Source: Gammaproteobacteria bacterium (lineage in GTDB: Bacteria; Pseudomonadota; Gammaproteobacteria; Eutrophobiales; Eutrophobiaceae). From it: 64,000 nucleotides of DNA. Under the pieces are notes generated by a model, which saw nothing but the letters and a program-made list of their open reading frames with translations, did not search any database and had not been told where the DNA came from. Numbering within the stretch: position 1 is the stretch's first letter; each line of letters starts with the position of its first letter. This document shows, piece by piece, positions 46,628-57,094 of this stretch. Location of the stretch: assembly GCA_004297165.1 (NCBI GenBank), contig SCUJ01000006.1, forward strand, positions 1,052,464 to 1,116,463. The letters are read 5' to 3'. Made by a program: the position numbers and the translations under genes.

Positions 46628-49588
46628 ATGAAAACCAAGAAAAACAAGATGGGCGGCGTGGAGATCCTCATCGCCGAGGACAGTGCAACGCAAAGAAAGC
46701 AGTTGGAGCATTTGCTGTGCGAGCACGGCTATGCGGTCGTTGCCGCGCCCGACGGCAAACAGGCCCTGGCGGCGGCCCGCGGGCGCAAGCCGTCTCTCAT
46801 CATCAGCGATGTCATGATGCCGGAACTGGACGGCTTCGCGCTGTGCCGGGAAATCAAGCGTGACGAGCAACTCAAGGACGTTCCGGTGATCCTGCTCACC
46901 TCGCTCACCAACGTGCGGGACATCATGCAGGGGCTGGAATGCGGCGCCGATAATTTCATCCGCAAGCCGTACGAGGAGCGCTACCTGCTCGCCCGCGTCG
47001 ATTACCTGCTGATGAACCGCGAACTGCGCAAGAATCAGAAAATGAGCATGGTGGTGGAAATCTATCTCGGCGGGCAGCGGCATTTCATCACCGCCGAGCA
47101 ACAGCAGATCGTGGACTTGCTGATTTCGATCTACGAGGAGGCCGTCCACATCAACGAGGAACTTAAGGTGCGGCAGCGCGAGCTGGCGGACTCGAACCAG
47201 TCCTTGTCCGCCCTCTACCGGGTAGCGCAGGGACTGAATCACGCGGTGAGCGAGCGCGAGGTCTGCGAGAGGTCGCTCGAACACGCGCTGGAGCTGCCGG
47301 GAGTGTGGGCGGGGTGGATCTCCCTGTGGGAGAAGGAGACCAATGCCTTTCGCACGGCGGCGGTGCGCAACCTGCCACCCGCGCTGCAGGGCGAAGGCGC
47401 TATGGGGGGCTCTTGCGAGTGTCAGCGGCGGCTCATTGCGGGAGAGCTTAATCACGTCACCAATATCCTGGAGTGCGAACGGTTGAAGGACGCCGCGGAG
47501 GGCAACCGCGGCCTGCGCTACCACGCCAGCGTCCCGTTGCGGATCGGCGACCGGAACCTGGGCATCATGAACCTGGTGGGGGCGGAGCAAGGCTTGTTCA
47601 GGGATGACGAACTGGAAACGCTCTACGGGATCGGGAATCAGATGGCTGTGGCGCTGGAGCGGGCCCGGCTGCACGAGCACCTGGAGCGACTGGTGGAGGA
47701 GCGCACCGTGGCGCTCACCGCGGAGATCGCCGAGCGCAAGGAACAGGAGGCGAGGGTCATCCGGCTCAATCGCATCTACAGCGTACTCAGCGGCATCAAT
47801 ACCACCATCGTGCGCGTCCGCGAACGGCAGCAACTCTTCGACGAGGCGTGCCGCATTGCGGTGGAGCATGGCAAGTTCGTATTCGCCTGGATCGGCACTC
47901 TTGATGCTGACACCCGGCAGGTCACGCCGCTCGCCAAGGCAGGCCGCGACGGCGGCTACCTGGCGCAGATCAATCTGACCGCCTTGGCGGACGCTCCTGG
48001 AAATTGCCCGCTGATCGCGCGGGCGCTGAATCAAGCGAGCCCGGTGATTTGCAACGACATCGCCACGGACGAGGCCATGCTATCGTGGCGCGCCGAAGCG
48101 TTGCGCCGCGGCTATCGTTCGGTGGCGGTGTTCCCGCTCGTTGTGGAAGACCGGCCAATCGGCGTGTTCCCGCTCTACGCGCCGGAGCCGAATGCCTTCG
48201 ACGAGGAGGAGATGAGACTGCTGGTCGAGATGGCCGGCGATATTTCGTTCGCTCTGGACCACCTCAAGAAAGAGGAACAGCTCAACTATCTCGCCTGTTT
48301 CGACCCTCTTACGGGGCTTCCGAACCGGGCATTGTTTTGGGATCGTCTCGATCAGCGGGTCGGCATCGCGCGCCGCGACCAACAGGCATTCTCCGTGATC
48401 ATGCTCGACATCGAGCGGTTCAGCGCCGTCAACGAAACCCTGGGCCGGCAGGTCGGAGACGAACTGTTGCGTCAGTTCGCCCGGCGCCTGAAGCAGGCGT
48501 TCGACGAAACCGACCTCCTGGCGCGTCTCGCGGACGACCGTTTCGGCCTCGCTACGAGGCATGGCGATGACGGCGCGGACATCGCCCATATCCTCGAGCG
48601 GATTATTTCCGGTATCCAGGGGCAGGCGTTTCGAGTAGAAGGCAGCGAGTTGCGTGTCGCGGCGAAAGCGGGGGTGGCGTCCTTCCCCGCCGACGGCGAG
48701 GACGTGGAGGACCTATACCGCAATGCCGAGGCGGCGCTGAAAAAAGCCAAGCTCTCGGGAGACAGATACCTGTTCTACACCCCCGAGTTCAATGCCCGGG
48801 TGGCCGAGAAACTGGCGCTTGAAAACAAGCTGCGCCGCGCGCTGGAGGAAGAACAACTGGTTCTGTATTACCAGCCGAAGATCGACCTCATAACGGGGCG
48901 GATCAGCGGGCTGGAGGCGTTGATGCGCTGGAACGATCCCGAGACAGGCCTGGTCCCGCCGCTGAAGTTCATCCCCCTGCTTGAGGAAACGGGGATGATC
49001 CTCGAGGCAGGCCGTTGGGCCCTGGCGCAGGGGTTATCGGATTACCGGATGTGGCGGGCGAAAGGCCTGCAGTCCCCGCGGATCGCCGTCAATGTATCGC
49101 CGATCCAGCTCCGGCAGAAGGATTTCGTAGCCACAGTGGAGGGCTTGCTGGACGGGGCCGGCGAGGCGGCTGCCGGGCTGGAGCTGGAGATTACCGAGAC
49201 CTTGATCATGCAGGACATCAAGGCGAACATCGGGAAGCTCAAGGCCATCCGGGAGATGGGGATCAGGGTCGCGATCGACGATTTCGGCACCGGTTATTCA
49301 TCGCTCAGCTATATCGCCCGGCTGCCCATCGGCGCCCTGAAGATTGATCGGGCGTTCATCGCAAACATGACGAGCAGCCCCGACGATCTGAGCATCGTGT
49401 CCACGATCATTGCCCTGGCGCATTCCCTGAATTTAAGGGTCACTGCGGAAGGCGTAGAAACCGAGGAACAGGTAAAACTCCTGAGATTGCTCAAATGCGA
49501 CGAGTTCCAGGGCTACCTGTACAGTCCCGCGGTCCCGGCGGAGGGAATCGAACAGTTCCTGCGCGAGGACAAATCACAGCCGGGTTAG
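46628..49588 (+). CDS. Response regulator: REC-GAF(Cys motif)-coiled coil-GAF-degenerate GGDEF-EAL (predicted c-di-GMP phosphodiesterase)
   Basis: REC (VEILIAEDS…DVMMPELDG), GAF with GSCECQRRLIAGEL…LECERL, a second GAF, GGDEF with the GG(D/E)EF site replaced (…DDRFGLA…), and an intact EAL (GLEALMRWN, DDFGTGYSSL). Confidence 0.8.
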   Translation: MKTKKNKMGGVEILIAEDSATQRKQLEHLLCEHGYAVVAAPDGKQALAAARGRKPSLIISDVMMPELDGFALCREIKRDEQLKDVPVILLTSLTNVRDIMQGLECGADNFIRKPYEERYLLARVDYLLMNRELRKNQKMSMVVEIYLGGQRHFITAEQQQIVDLLISIYEEAVHINEELKVRQRELADSNQSLSALYRVAQGLNHAVSEREVCERSLEHALELPGVWAGWISLWEKETNAFRTAAVRNLPPALQGEGAMGGSCECQRRLIAGELNHVTNILECERLKDAAEGNRGLRYHASVPLRIGDRNLGIMNLVGAEQGLFRDDELETLYGIGNQMAVALERARLHEHLERLVEERTVALTAEIAERKEQEARVIRLNRIYSVLSGINTTIVRVRERQQLFDEACRIAVEHGKFVFAWIGTLDADTRQVTPLAKAGRDGGYLAQINLTALADAPGNCPLIARALNQASPVICNDIATDEAMLSWRAEALRRGYRSVAVFPLVVEDRPIGVFPLYAPEPNAFDEEEMRLLVEMAGDISFALDHLKKEEQLNYLACFDPLTGLPNRALFWDRLDQRVGIARRDQQAFSVIMLDIERFSAVNETLGRQVGDELLRQFARRLKQAFDETDLLARLADDRFGLATRHGDDGADIAHILERIISGIQGQAFRVEGSELRVAAKAGVASFPADGEDVEDLYRNAEAALKKAKLSGDRYLFYTPEFNARVAEKLALENKLRRALEEEQLVLYYQPKIDLITGRISGLEALMRWNDPETGLVPPLKFIPLLEETGMILEAGRWALAQGLSDYRMWRAKGLQSPRIAVNVSPIQLRQKDFVATVEGLLDGAGEAAAGLELEITETLIMQDIKANIGKLKAIREMGIRVAIDDFGTGYSSLSYIARLPIGALKIDRAFIANMTSSPDDLSIVSTIIALAHSLNLRVTAEGVETEEQVKLLRLLKCDEFQGYLYSPAVPAEGIEQFLREDKSQPG

Positions 49589-49690
49589 ATTGGGAGAATA
49601 ACGAACCGGGGCGCGAACCTGCGGCAGGTCGTGAATCGCCGTGACGTAGGCGAATCGGGTAAACCACAGAGGCAAGACGAGGCACGATCC

Positions 49691-52600
49691 ATGAAATCCG
49701 GGAATAAATGGCGCGGCGGCATCGAAATCCTCATCGCCGAGGACAGCCGGACCCAGACGGAACGATTACGGCATCTGCTCGAGCAACGCGGCTATGCGGT
49801 CGTGACCGCCGCCAATGGCAAGCAGGCGCTTGAAACTGCTCGCAAACACGTTCCGACGCTGATCATCAGCGATGTCCTGATGCCGGAACTGGACGGCTAC
49901 GGCCTTTGCAAGTCGATCAAGGCCGACGAGAAGCTGAGGGATATCCCGGTCATGCTGGTGACCACGCTCTCCGACCCTCAGGACGTCATCCGGGGCCTGG
50001 AGTGCGGGGCGGACAACTTCATCCGCAAGCCGTACGAAGACAAATTCCTGCTGTCGCGCATCGACTACCTGCTGATGAACATCGAACTGCGCAAAAACCA
50101 GAAAGTGCAGATGGGCGTGGAGATCAAGCTGGGCAACCGGAAACATTTCATCAGCGCCGAGCGCCAGCAGATACTGGACCTGCTGATCTCGACCTTCGAG
50201 CAGGCGGTGCAGATCAACGAAGAACTCAAGCTGCGGGATAAGGAACTGGCGCATTCCAACCAGGTGCTCAACGGACTCTACCTCATTGCCGAAGGACTGA
50301 ATAAGGCAGTCACTGAACAGGAAGTCGCGGAAACAGTGCTGGAACGGGCGCTGGAACTGCCGGGAATCCAGGCCGGCTGGATCTCCCTGCGGGAAGGAGA
50401 ATCTGGCTTCCGGCTGCTCGCCGCGCGCAACTTGCCGCACGCACTCGAGGCGCCCGGCGCCATGGAGGGCGATTGCGCCTGCCGTCGCCGACTGGTTTCC
50501 GGCGAACTCACCTCGGTCATGAACACACTGGAGTGCGAAAGGCTGGAAAGAACCGGGGGCGACGCGCGCGGGCTGCGCTACCACGCCAGCGTTCCGCTTT
50601 GGCTGGGCGAGCGGACGGTGGGCGTGATGAACCTGATCGGACCGAGAAAAGGCCTGTTCAATGAGGATGAATTGCGGATCCTGTACGGGATAGGCAATCA
50701 GGTCGCGGTAGCGCTTGAGCGGGCGGGCCTGCGCGAGCATCTGGAGCAGTTGGTAAGTGAGCGAACCGCCAAGCTCGAAACGGAAATTGCGGAGCGAAAA
50801 CGAATCGAGAAGGAACAGGCGCGGCTGGTGGCGATCATCGAGACCACCTCCGATTTTATCGGGACCAGCGACCCGGATGGCAAGGTGCTTTACCTGAACC
50901 AAGCGGGCCTGCGGATGCTCGGATACGAATCGGCACAGGACATGCCCATGGCGCGGATCGCTGAAGTCCATCCGGAGTGGGCGGCGAAGCTGGTGCTGGA
51001 GGCGGGTATCCCCCACGCCCTCGATCATGGAAGCTGGAGTGGGGAAACCGCCTTCCTGCACCGCAATGGGCGCGAGATCCCGGTTTCGCAGGTCATCATC
51101 GCGCACAAGGGGGCAAACGGCTCGGCCGAGTTCCTGTCGACAATAGCGCGCGACATTACCGCGCCCAAGGAGGCGGAGCGCAGGATCCGGATGCAATTGG
51201 ATAACTTGGGCCTGTTGGATCAGATCACCCGCGCGATAGGCGAGCGCCAGGATTTGCGCAGCATTTTTCAGGTGGCTATCAGAAGCCTCGAGGACAGCCT
51301 GCCGATCGATTTCGGTTGTATCTGCCTGCATGACCCGACTGCCAATGCCCTGACTGTCGACTGCGTCGGAGTGAAGAGCGAGACGCTGGCTCATTCACTG
51401 ACGATGGATGAACGGACGATTATCGGCGTCGACGACAATGGCCTGGGGCGCTGTGTCCAGGGGCTACTGATCTATGAGCCGGATATAGGCCAGGCGCCAT
51501 TCCCGTTTACCGAGCGCCTCGCCCGCGGTGGATTGCGATCGGTGGTTCTGGCGCCATTGGGGGTAGAAAGCCGGGTCTTCGGCGTGCTGGTTGCCGCGCG
51601 TCACAGGGCCAGCGCCTTCAGCAGCGTCGAGTGCGAGTTCCTGCGGCAGTTGAGCGAGCACGTGGCGCTCGCCGCCCACCAGGCGCAACTCTACGACGCC
51701 CTGCGACAGGCCTACGACGACCTGCGCCAGACCCAGCAGGCGGTGATGCAGGAGGAGCGCCTGCGCGCGTTGGGGCAGATGGCGAGCGGCATTGCCCACG
51801 ACATCAACAATGCCCTTTCGCCTGTATCGCTGTATGTGGAATCGTTGCTGGACACGGAGAAGAACCTCAGCAAAAGGGCTCGCGGTTACCTGGAGACCGT
51901 TCAACGAGCGGTCGAGGATGTGGCGCAGACAGTGGCGCGCATGCGCGAGTTTTACCGCAAACGCGAGCAACAGATCGAGCTTGCGCCCGTGCATATGAAC
52001 GACATGGTGCGGCAGGTTGTCAATCTGACCCGTGCCCGTTGGAGCGACCAGCCGTTGCAAAACGGCATCGTAATCCGAGTGCTGATGGAACTCGCGCCCA
52101 ATCTGCCGGAGATCATGGGGGTGGAGAGCGAGTTCCGCGAGGCGCTCACCAACCTGGTCTTCAACGCCGTGGACGCCATGCCGGAAGGCGGCCACCTGAA
52201 GCTGCGAACCAGGCTCGTCGCTTCCGGCAAGGGAAGGTCAAGTGTGGAGGTCGAGGTCGAGGACAGCGGCAGCGGCATGGACGAAGACACGCGCCGGCGT
52301 TGTCTAGAGCCGTTCTTTACCACCAAGGGCGAGCGCGGCACGGGCCTGGGCCTCGCCATGGTGTTCGGGATGGCGCAGCGGCACAGCGCCGAGATCGAGA
52401 TCGGCAGCGCTCTTGGCGTCGGTACTATTGTGCGGCTGATTTTTGCAGTTCCTTCCGCCATACAGACGGATACTTCCGGACAACCCGTGAATGAGCCCGA
52501 TCCGCCGTTGCGGCTGCGCCTGCTGCTGATAGACGATGACCCGATCCTCTTGCAGTCGCTGCGCGATGCGCTGGAGGCGGATGGCCATATCATCATTACG

Positions 52601-52906
52601 GCGAACAGCGGCGAAGCGGGCATTGCCGCGTTCCATGCCTCTCTCGATCGCGGTGAATACTGCGCCGCGGTGATCACCGACCTTGGCATGCCCCACGTGG
52701 ATGGCCGCCAGGTTGCCGCCACCGTAAAGAAAGCCACCCCCGCCATGCCGGTGATCCTTCTTACGGGCTGGGGTCGGCGGCTGGTCGCGGAAGGCGAAAT
52801 CCCGCCGCACGTCGACCGCGTTCTGGCAAAACCGCCAAAACTGCGCGAGCTGCGCGAAGCCCTCGCGCAACTCTGCCGACCTGTACCATCCGGGGCGAAT
52901 ACATGA
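49691..52906 (+). CDS. Hybrid sensor histidine kinase/response regulator: REC-GAF(Cys motif)-PAS-GAF-HisKA-HATPase-REC
   Basis: The N-terminal REC-GAF is paralogous to 46628-49588 (…GDCACRRRLVSGEL…LECERL). H-box MASGIAHDINNAL. HATPase (…GTGLGLAMV…). C-terminal REC (LLLIDDDP…). The start may be the GTG at 49631 instead. Confidence 0.8.
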   Translation: MKSGNKWRGGIEILIAEDSRTQTERLRHLLEQRGYAVVTAANGKQALETARKHVPTLIISDVLMPELDGYGLCKSIKADEKLRDIPVMLVTTLSDPQDVIRGLECGADNFIRKPYEDKFLLSRIDYLLMNIELRKNQKVQMGVEIKLGNRKHFISAERQQILDLLISTFEQAVQINEELKLRDKELAHSNQVLNGLYLIAEGLNKAVTEQEVAETVLERALELPGIQAGWISLREGESGFRLLAARNLPHALEAPGAMEGDCACRRRLVSGELTSVMNTLECERLERTGGDARGLRYHASVPLWLGERTVGVMNLIGPRKGLFNEDELRILYGIGNQVAVALERAGLREHLEQLVSERTAKLETEIAERKRIEKEQARLVAIIETTSDFIGTSDPDGKVLYLNQAGLRMLGYESAQDMPMARIAEVHPEWAAKLVLEAGIPHALDHGSWSGETAFLHRNGREIPVSQVIIAHKGANGSAEFLSTIARDITAPKEAERRIRMQLDNLGLLDQITRAIGERQDLRSIFQVAIRSLEDSLPIDFGCICLHDPTANALTVDCVGVKSETLAHSLTMDERTIIGVDDNGLGRCVQGLLIYEPDIGQAPFPFTERLARGGLRSVVLAPLGVESRVFGVLVAARHRASAFSSVECEFLRQLSEHVALAAHQAQLYDALRQAYDDLRQTQQAVMQEERLRALGQMASGIAHDINNALSPVSLYVESLLDTEKNLSKRARGYLETVQRAVEDVAQTVARMREFYRKREQQIELAPVHMNDMVRQVVNLTRARWSDQPLQNGIVIRVLMELAPNLPEIMGVESEFREALTNLVFNAVDAMPEGGHLKLRTRLVASGKGRSSVEVEVEDSGSGMDEDTRRRCLEPFFTTKGERGTGLGLAMVFGMAQRHSAEIEIGSALGVGTIVRLIFAVPSAIQTDTSGQPVNEPDPPLRLRLLLIDDDPILLQSLRDALEADGHIIITANSGEAGIAAFHASLDRGEYCAAVITDLGMPHVDGRQVAATVKKATPAMPVILLTGWGRRLVAEGEIPPHVDRVLAKPPKLRELREALAQLCRPVPSGANT

Positions 52907-55900
52907 TCCCCACTCCACTGGCCCGCATACTAATCGTCGACGACGAGGCAGCGCAGATGCGCGCTCTTTGCGATACGCTACGTGATCAGGGCTACGAAAC
53001 CACGGGCTGCGCGACGGGAGAAGATGCCCTCAAGGCATTACATGGAATGCAGTACGATCTGCTGCTCACCGATCTGATGATGCCGGGCATGGACGGCGTC
53101 GATCTGCTTGCTCAAGCCATGAAGATCGATCCGCAGATCGTCGGCATCCTCATGACCGGCATGGGCACGATCGAAACCGCGGTTCGCGCCATGCAGGCGG
53201 GGGCGCTCGATTATATAGTCAAACCTTTCAAGGTGAGCGTAATACTGCCAGTGCTCGAGCGCGCGCTGGGCATCCGGAGGTTGCGGCTGGAGAATATGGA
53301 ATTACGCAACACCGTGGCGTTCCACGAGTTGAATCAAGCCATCGCCTATACGCTTGACCCTAATGTCCTGCTCGAAAAGATCGCCAGCGCCGCGCTCGCG
53401 CAATTCGAGGCCGATGAGGCCTCGATCATGCTGCTCACCGACGACGGCCGTTCGCTCTACGTAGCGGCGGTTCAGGGCGGGCAAAGGGACACGCTGCTCG
53501 GTGCGCGCGTGCCTGTCGGCGAAGGCATCGCGGGCTGGGTGGCCGCGCGCCTCGAGCCGCTGGTGCTGGAAGGCGAAATCAAGTACCCGGGCCAGACGCC
53601 AGTTCATCCTCGCGCCGATATCCAATCCGCCTTGTCCATGCCCCTGATCGCGCGCAACAGGTTGATCGGCGTGATCAATGTCAGTTGCATCCGCAAGCGC
53701 CGGGCCTTCCCCATTGGGCAGGTCAATGTACTCAGCATCTTCACCAATGCCGCCGCCGCCGGCATCGAAGCGGCGCGTCTATACCAGGATGAGCGCAAGG
53801 CCGACGCGCGCTACCGCGAGGTGCTGCACATGGCCGCCGACGGCATCGTCTCGATCGATGAAGAACAGCGCATCGTCGTATTCAACGATAGCGCGGAAAA
53901 GCTTTTCGGCTACCGCGCCAATGAGGTCCTTGGCAGGCCGCTCGATCTACTCTTACCTGAGGCAGCCGCCGCCGCCCATCGCCAGCACGTGCCAGCCTTT
54001 GGAAAGGGCCCGGACCAATCGCGCGAGATGGGCATACTCGGCCAGCGGCTGTTCGGCCGGCGTAAGGACGGCGTGCTGTTTCACGTCGAAGTGGGGATTT
54101 CCAAGCGCCCGGAGAACGGCAAGCTGCTCTACACGGCGGTGGTGCGCGACATCACGCAACGCGTGCGACATGAAGACCGGATCGCGCGCTTGACCCGGCT
54201 CTACGCGACCCTCTCGGATATCAATTCCGCTATCGTGCGCATCACCGATGAGACCATGCTGTTCTCGGAGATCTGCCGGATCGCGGTCGAATGCGGCAAG
54301 TTCACCGCCGCGTGGATAGGAACTTACGACGAGAACGCCAGCGATATTGTACTGGTTACAAGCGCTGGCAACACACCCGCGAAAAATCGCTACCACATCG
54401 ACCCCAAGTCGCCTGAGGATCCGGGAAATACCTTAATCGCTATCCAGGAGAAACGGATCGTCTGGGACAACGACCTTGCCGCCACGCTGGATCGCGGAAC
54501 CACTCTGCGTAAGGACGCCATAGCGCTCGGCGCCCGCTCGGGTGCTATATTGCCGTTTATCCTCAACAACGCCGTTCGGGCGGTCATGTTCCTGAACTCC
54601 GATGCCCAGGATGCCTTCGGGGAAGAGGAGCTTGCCTTGTTGCACGAATTGGCTGGTGACGTCTCGTTCGCGCTTGATCACATTATAAAATCCGGGCAGG
54701 TAAAATATCTCGCCACTCACGATCAGTTGACCGATCTGCCGAACCGCGCGCTGTTCATGGACCTGCTCGCACAGTCCGTGTCCGCGGCACACGCCAAAGG
54801 AGAAATGCTGGCCGTCGTTTTTACCGATATTGAGCGCTTCAAACTGATCAATGACACATTCGGCCGGCTGGCGGGCGATCGGCTGTTGCGGCAAATCGCG
54901 GATCGCACCAAGAACATCGTCAGAGATCACTCCGGTCTCGCGCGGGTCGGCGCGAACAGTTTTGCCGCTATCCGCGGCAACTTCACGCAGGCCCTGGATC
55001 TGGCAAAAACCATCCTACATCGTATAGAAATGGTATTTTCCGAACCTTTCATGGTTGAAGGAAAGCTGCTGAATCTCTCCGCCCGTTGCGGAGTCGCAAT
55101 CTTTCCCACCGATGGCGCGAATGCCGAAACGCTTTTCAAGAACGCGGAAACGGCGCTTAAACGATCAAAGTCCATGCTTGAGCGAGTCGTCTTTTACACA
55201 CCTGATCTTAATGCCAGGATGGCGGAACAGCTCGCCTTGGAGAACAAGCTGCGCAAGGCGCTGGAGAAGGACGAATTCATCCTGCATTACCAACCCAAGA
55301 TCGATTTTGCCACGGGCCGCATCACCGGCTTCGAGGCGCTGATCCGGTGGCAGGACCCGGTGAGCGGGCTCGTGCCGCCGATGCGTTTCATCCCGCTGCT
55401 CGAGGAAACGGGCCTGATCCTCCCGGTGGGCCGCTGGGCGATCGCGGAGGCTGTGCGCACCATCGCGGCTCTGCGCGCCAAGGGCCTGCCCCAGGTGCGA
55501 ATTGCGGTCAACGTCTCCCCCATTCAGTTGCGGCAGACAGATTTTGTGCGTTCTGTCGAGGAAGCTATCGCGGTGGCGGGCGATGGACCACACGGCCTCG
55601 ATCTCGAGATCACCGAGAGCATGATCATGCACGACATCGAGGCGAATATCCGGACATTCAATACGCTACACAGCCTGGGTGTGGAACTCGCGATTGACGA
55701 TTTCGGCACCGGCTACTCATCGCTCGCCTACATGGCGCGCCTGCCCGTCGACACGATCAAGATAGACCGCCTTTTCATTCGGGATCTTACAGATAACGAA
55801 AACAGCCGATCGGTCGTTTCCTTGATCATCTCGCTGACGCACACGCTTGGCCGGAAGGCGGTTGCGGAGGGAGTGGAGACCGAGGCGCAGGCAAGGTTGC

Positions 55901-56001
55901 TGCGGCAACTCAACTGCGACCAGTACCAGGGCTTTCTGTTCAGCAAGCCGGTGGCAGTAACCGAAATCGAACGCTTGATGCTTGCTGCGCCAAATAAATA
56001 G
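52903..56001 (+). CDS. Response regulator: REC-GAF-PAS-GAF-degenerate GGDEF-EAL (predicted c-di-GMP phosphodiesterase)
   Basis: REC (ILIVDDEA…DLMMPGMDG), GAF, PAS (…VVFNDSAEKLFGY…), GAF, GGDEF-like with the motif lost (…RVGANSFAAI…), EAL intact (GFEALIRWQ). ATGA overlap with the kinase gene. Confidence 0.8.
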   Translation: MIPTPLARILIVDDEAAQMRALCDTLRDQGYETTGCATGEDALKALHGMQYDLLLTDLMMPGMDGVDLLAQAMKIDPQIVGILMTGMGTIETAVRAMQAGALDYIVKPFKVSVILPVLERALGIRRLRLENMELRNTVAFHELNQAIAYTLDPNVLLEKIASAALAQFEADEASIMLLTDDGRSLYVAAVQGGQRDTLLGARVPVGEGIAGWVAARLEPLVLEGEIKYPGQTPVHPRADIQSALSMPLIARNRLIGVINVSCIRKRRAFPIGQVNVLSIFTNAAAAGIEAARLYQDERKADARYREVLHMAADGIVSIDEEQRIVVFNDSAEKLFGYRANEVLGRPLDLLLPEAAAAAHRQHVPAFGKGPDQSREMGILGQRLFGRRKDGVLFHVEVGISKRPENGKLLYTAVVRDITQRVRHEDRIARLTRLYATLSDINSAIVRITDETMLFSEICRIAVECGKFTAAWIGTYDENASDIVLVTSAGNTPAKNRYHIDPKSPEDPGNTLIAIQEKRIVWDNDLAATLDRGTTLRKDAIALGARSGAILPFILNNAVRAVMFLNSDAQDAFGEEELALLHELAGDVSFALDHIIKSGQVKYLATHDQLTDLPNRALFMDLLAQSVSAAHAKGEMLAVVFTDIERFKLINDTFGRLAGDRLLRQIADRTKNIVRDHSGLARVGANSFAAIRGNFTQALDLAKTILHRIEMVFSEPFMVEGKLLNLSARCGVAIFPTDGANAETLFKNAETALKRSKSMLERVVFYTPDLNARMAEQLALENKLRKALEKDEFILHYQPKIDFATGRITGFEALIRWQDPVSGLVPPMRFIPLLEETGLILPVGRWAIAEAVRTIAALRAKGLPQVRIAVNVSPIQLRQTDFVRSVEEAIAVAGDGPHGLDLEITESMIMHDIEANIRTFNTLHSLGVELAIDDFGTGYSSLAYMARLPVDTIKIDRLFIRDLTDNENSRSVVSLIISLTHTLGRKAVAEGVETEAQARLLRQLNCDQYQGFLFSKPVAVTEIERLMLAAPNK

Positions 56002-56110
56002 TAGCGAGACGGGGATGGCAACAATTCTTATCAAGCGGTTTGGGAACATGACATAATGGAAACCTCCGGGCACAGCGCCGGGTCACTCACACGCTTGCAG
56101 GGTCACGATC

Positions 56111-57091
56111 ATGAGCACAGCAAATATCATTCGGACGGTCGGCATCGGGATACTGGCCTATCTCCTGGTTATCGTGATCCTGATCTTTTACTGGGACGTG
56201 GAACCGGATCTGTTCGAGGTGCGCAGCGAAGCGGGCGCCGTCAACGCCCGATCCGTCACCGGGACGACCACTACCCGCACCTTGATCCGGGTGATGAACA
56301 CCGTACTCGACAAACGCGGAGGTTTTCTTACGAACGACATCCTCCCGCCGGGCTTGGTCATGGACAACATCCCCAACTGGGAATTCGGCGTCATCACCCA
56401 GAGCCGTGATATGGCGCGCGCACTGCGCAATGACATGAGCCGATCCCAGACCCAATCGACCGAAGACCCCGACCTCTCCGTCGCCGATCCCCAGTTTCAT
56501 TTCGACACCGAATCCTGGATGCTGCCGGACAGCGAGGGCGAATACCGGCGCGGCATCGCCTCACTGGAAAGCTACCTCAACCGCCTGAACGTGGTGAGCG
56601 ACACCGACGCCCAGTTTTACGCCCGCGCCGACAACCTGCGGGAATGGCTGGCGATCGTGGAAAAGCGGCTGGGCAGCCTCTCGCAGCGGCTCAGCGCCAG
56701 CGTCGGTCAGGTGCGGATCAACACCGATCTGCAGGGCGATTCGGCCGCCACCCAGTCCACCGAGAAACCTCACATTGTCACCGTGAAGACTCCATGGCTC
56801 GAGATCGACGATGTCTTTTACGAGGCGCGGGGTTCGGCCTGGGCCTTGCTGCACTTCCTGCGCGCGATTGAGGTGGATTTCGGATCGGTATTGGAAAAAA
56901 AGAACGCCCTGGTAAGCCTGCGCCAGATCATCCGGGAGCTGGAGTCCACACAGGAATACGTCTGGAGCCCGATGATCCTGAATGGCACCGGCTTCGGTTT
57001 CGTCGCCAATCATTCGCTGGTGATGGCCTCTTACCTGTCTAGGGCCAATGCGGCGGTCATCGACCTGCGCAATCTGCTCCAGCAAGGATAG
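56111..57091 (+). CDS. Conserved membrane-anchored hypothetical protein (possibly DUF2333 family)
   Basis: 326 aa, with a single N-terminal TM (IGILAYLLVIVILIFYW). The family assignment is from memory only. Confidence 0.45.
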   Translation: MSTANIIRTVGIGILAYLLVIVILIFYWDVEPDLFEVRSEAGAVNARSVTGTTTTRTLIRVMNTVLDKRGGFLTNDILPPGLVMDNIPNWEFGVITQSRDMARALRNDMSRSQTQSTEDPDLSVADPQFHFDTESWMLPDSEGEYRRGIASLESYLNRLNVVSDTDAQFYARADNLREWLAIVEKRLGSLSQRLSASVGQVRINTDLQGDSAATQSTEKPHIVTVKTPWLEIDDVFYEARGSAWALLHFLRAIEVDFGSVLEKKNALVSLRQIIRELESTQEYVWSPMILNGTGFGFVANHSLVMASYLSRANAAVIDLRNLLQQG

Positions 57092-57094
57092 AGA

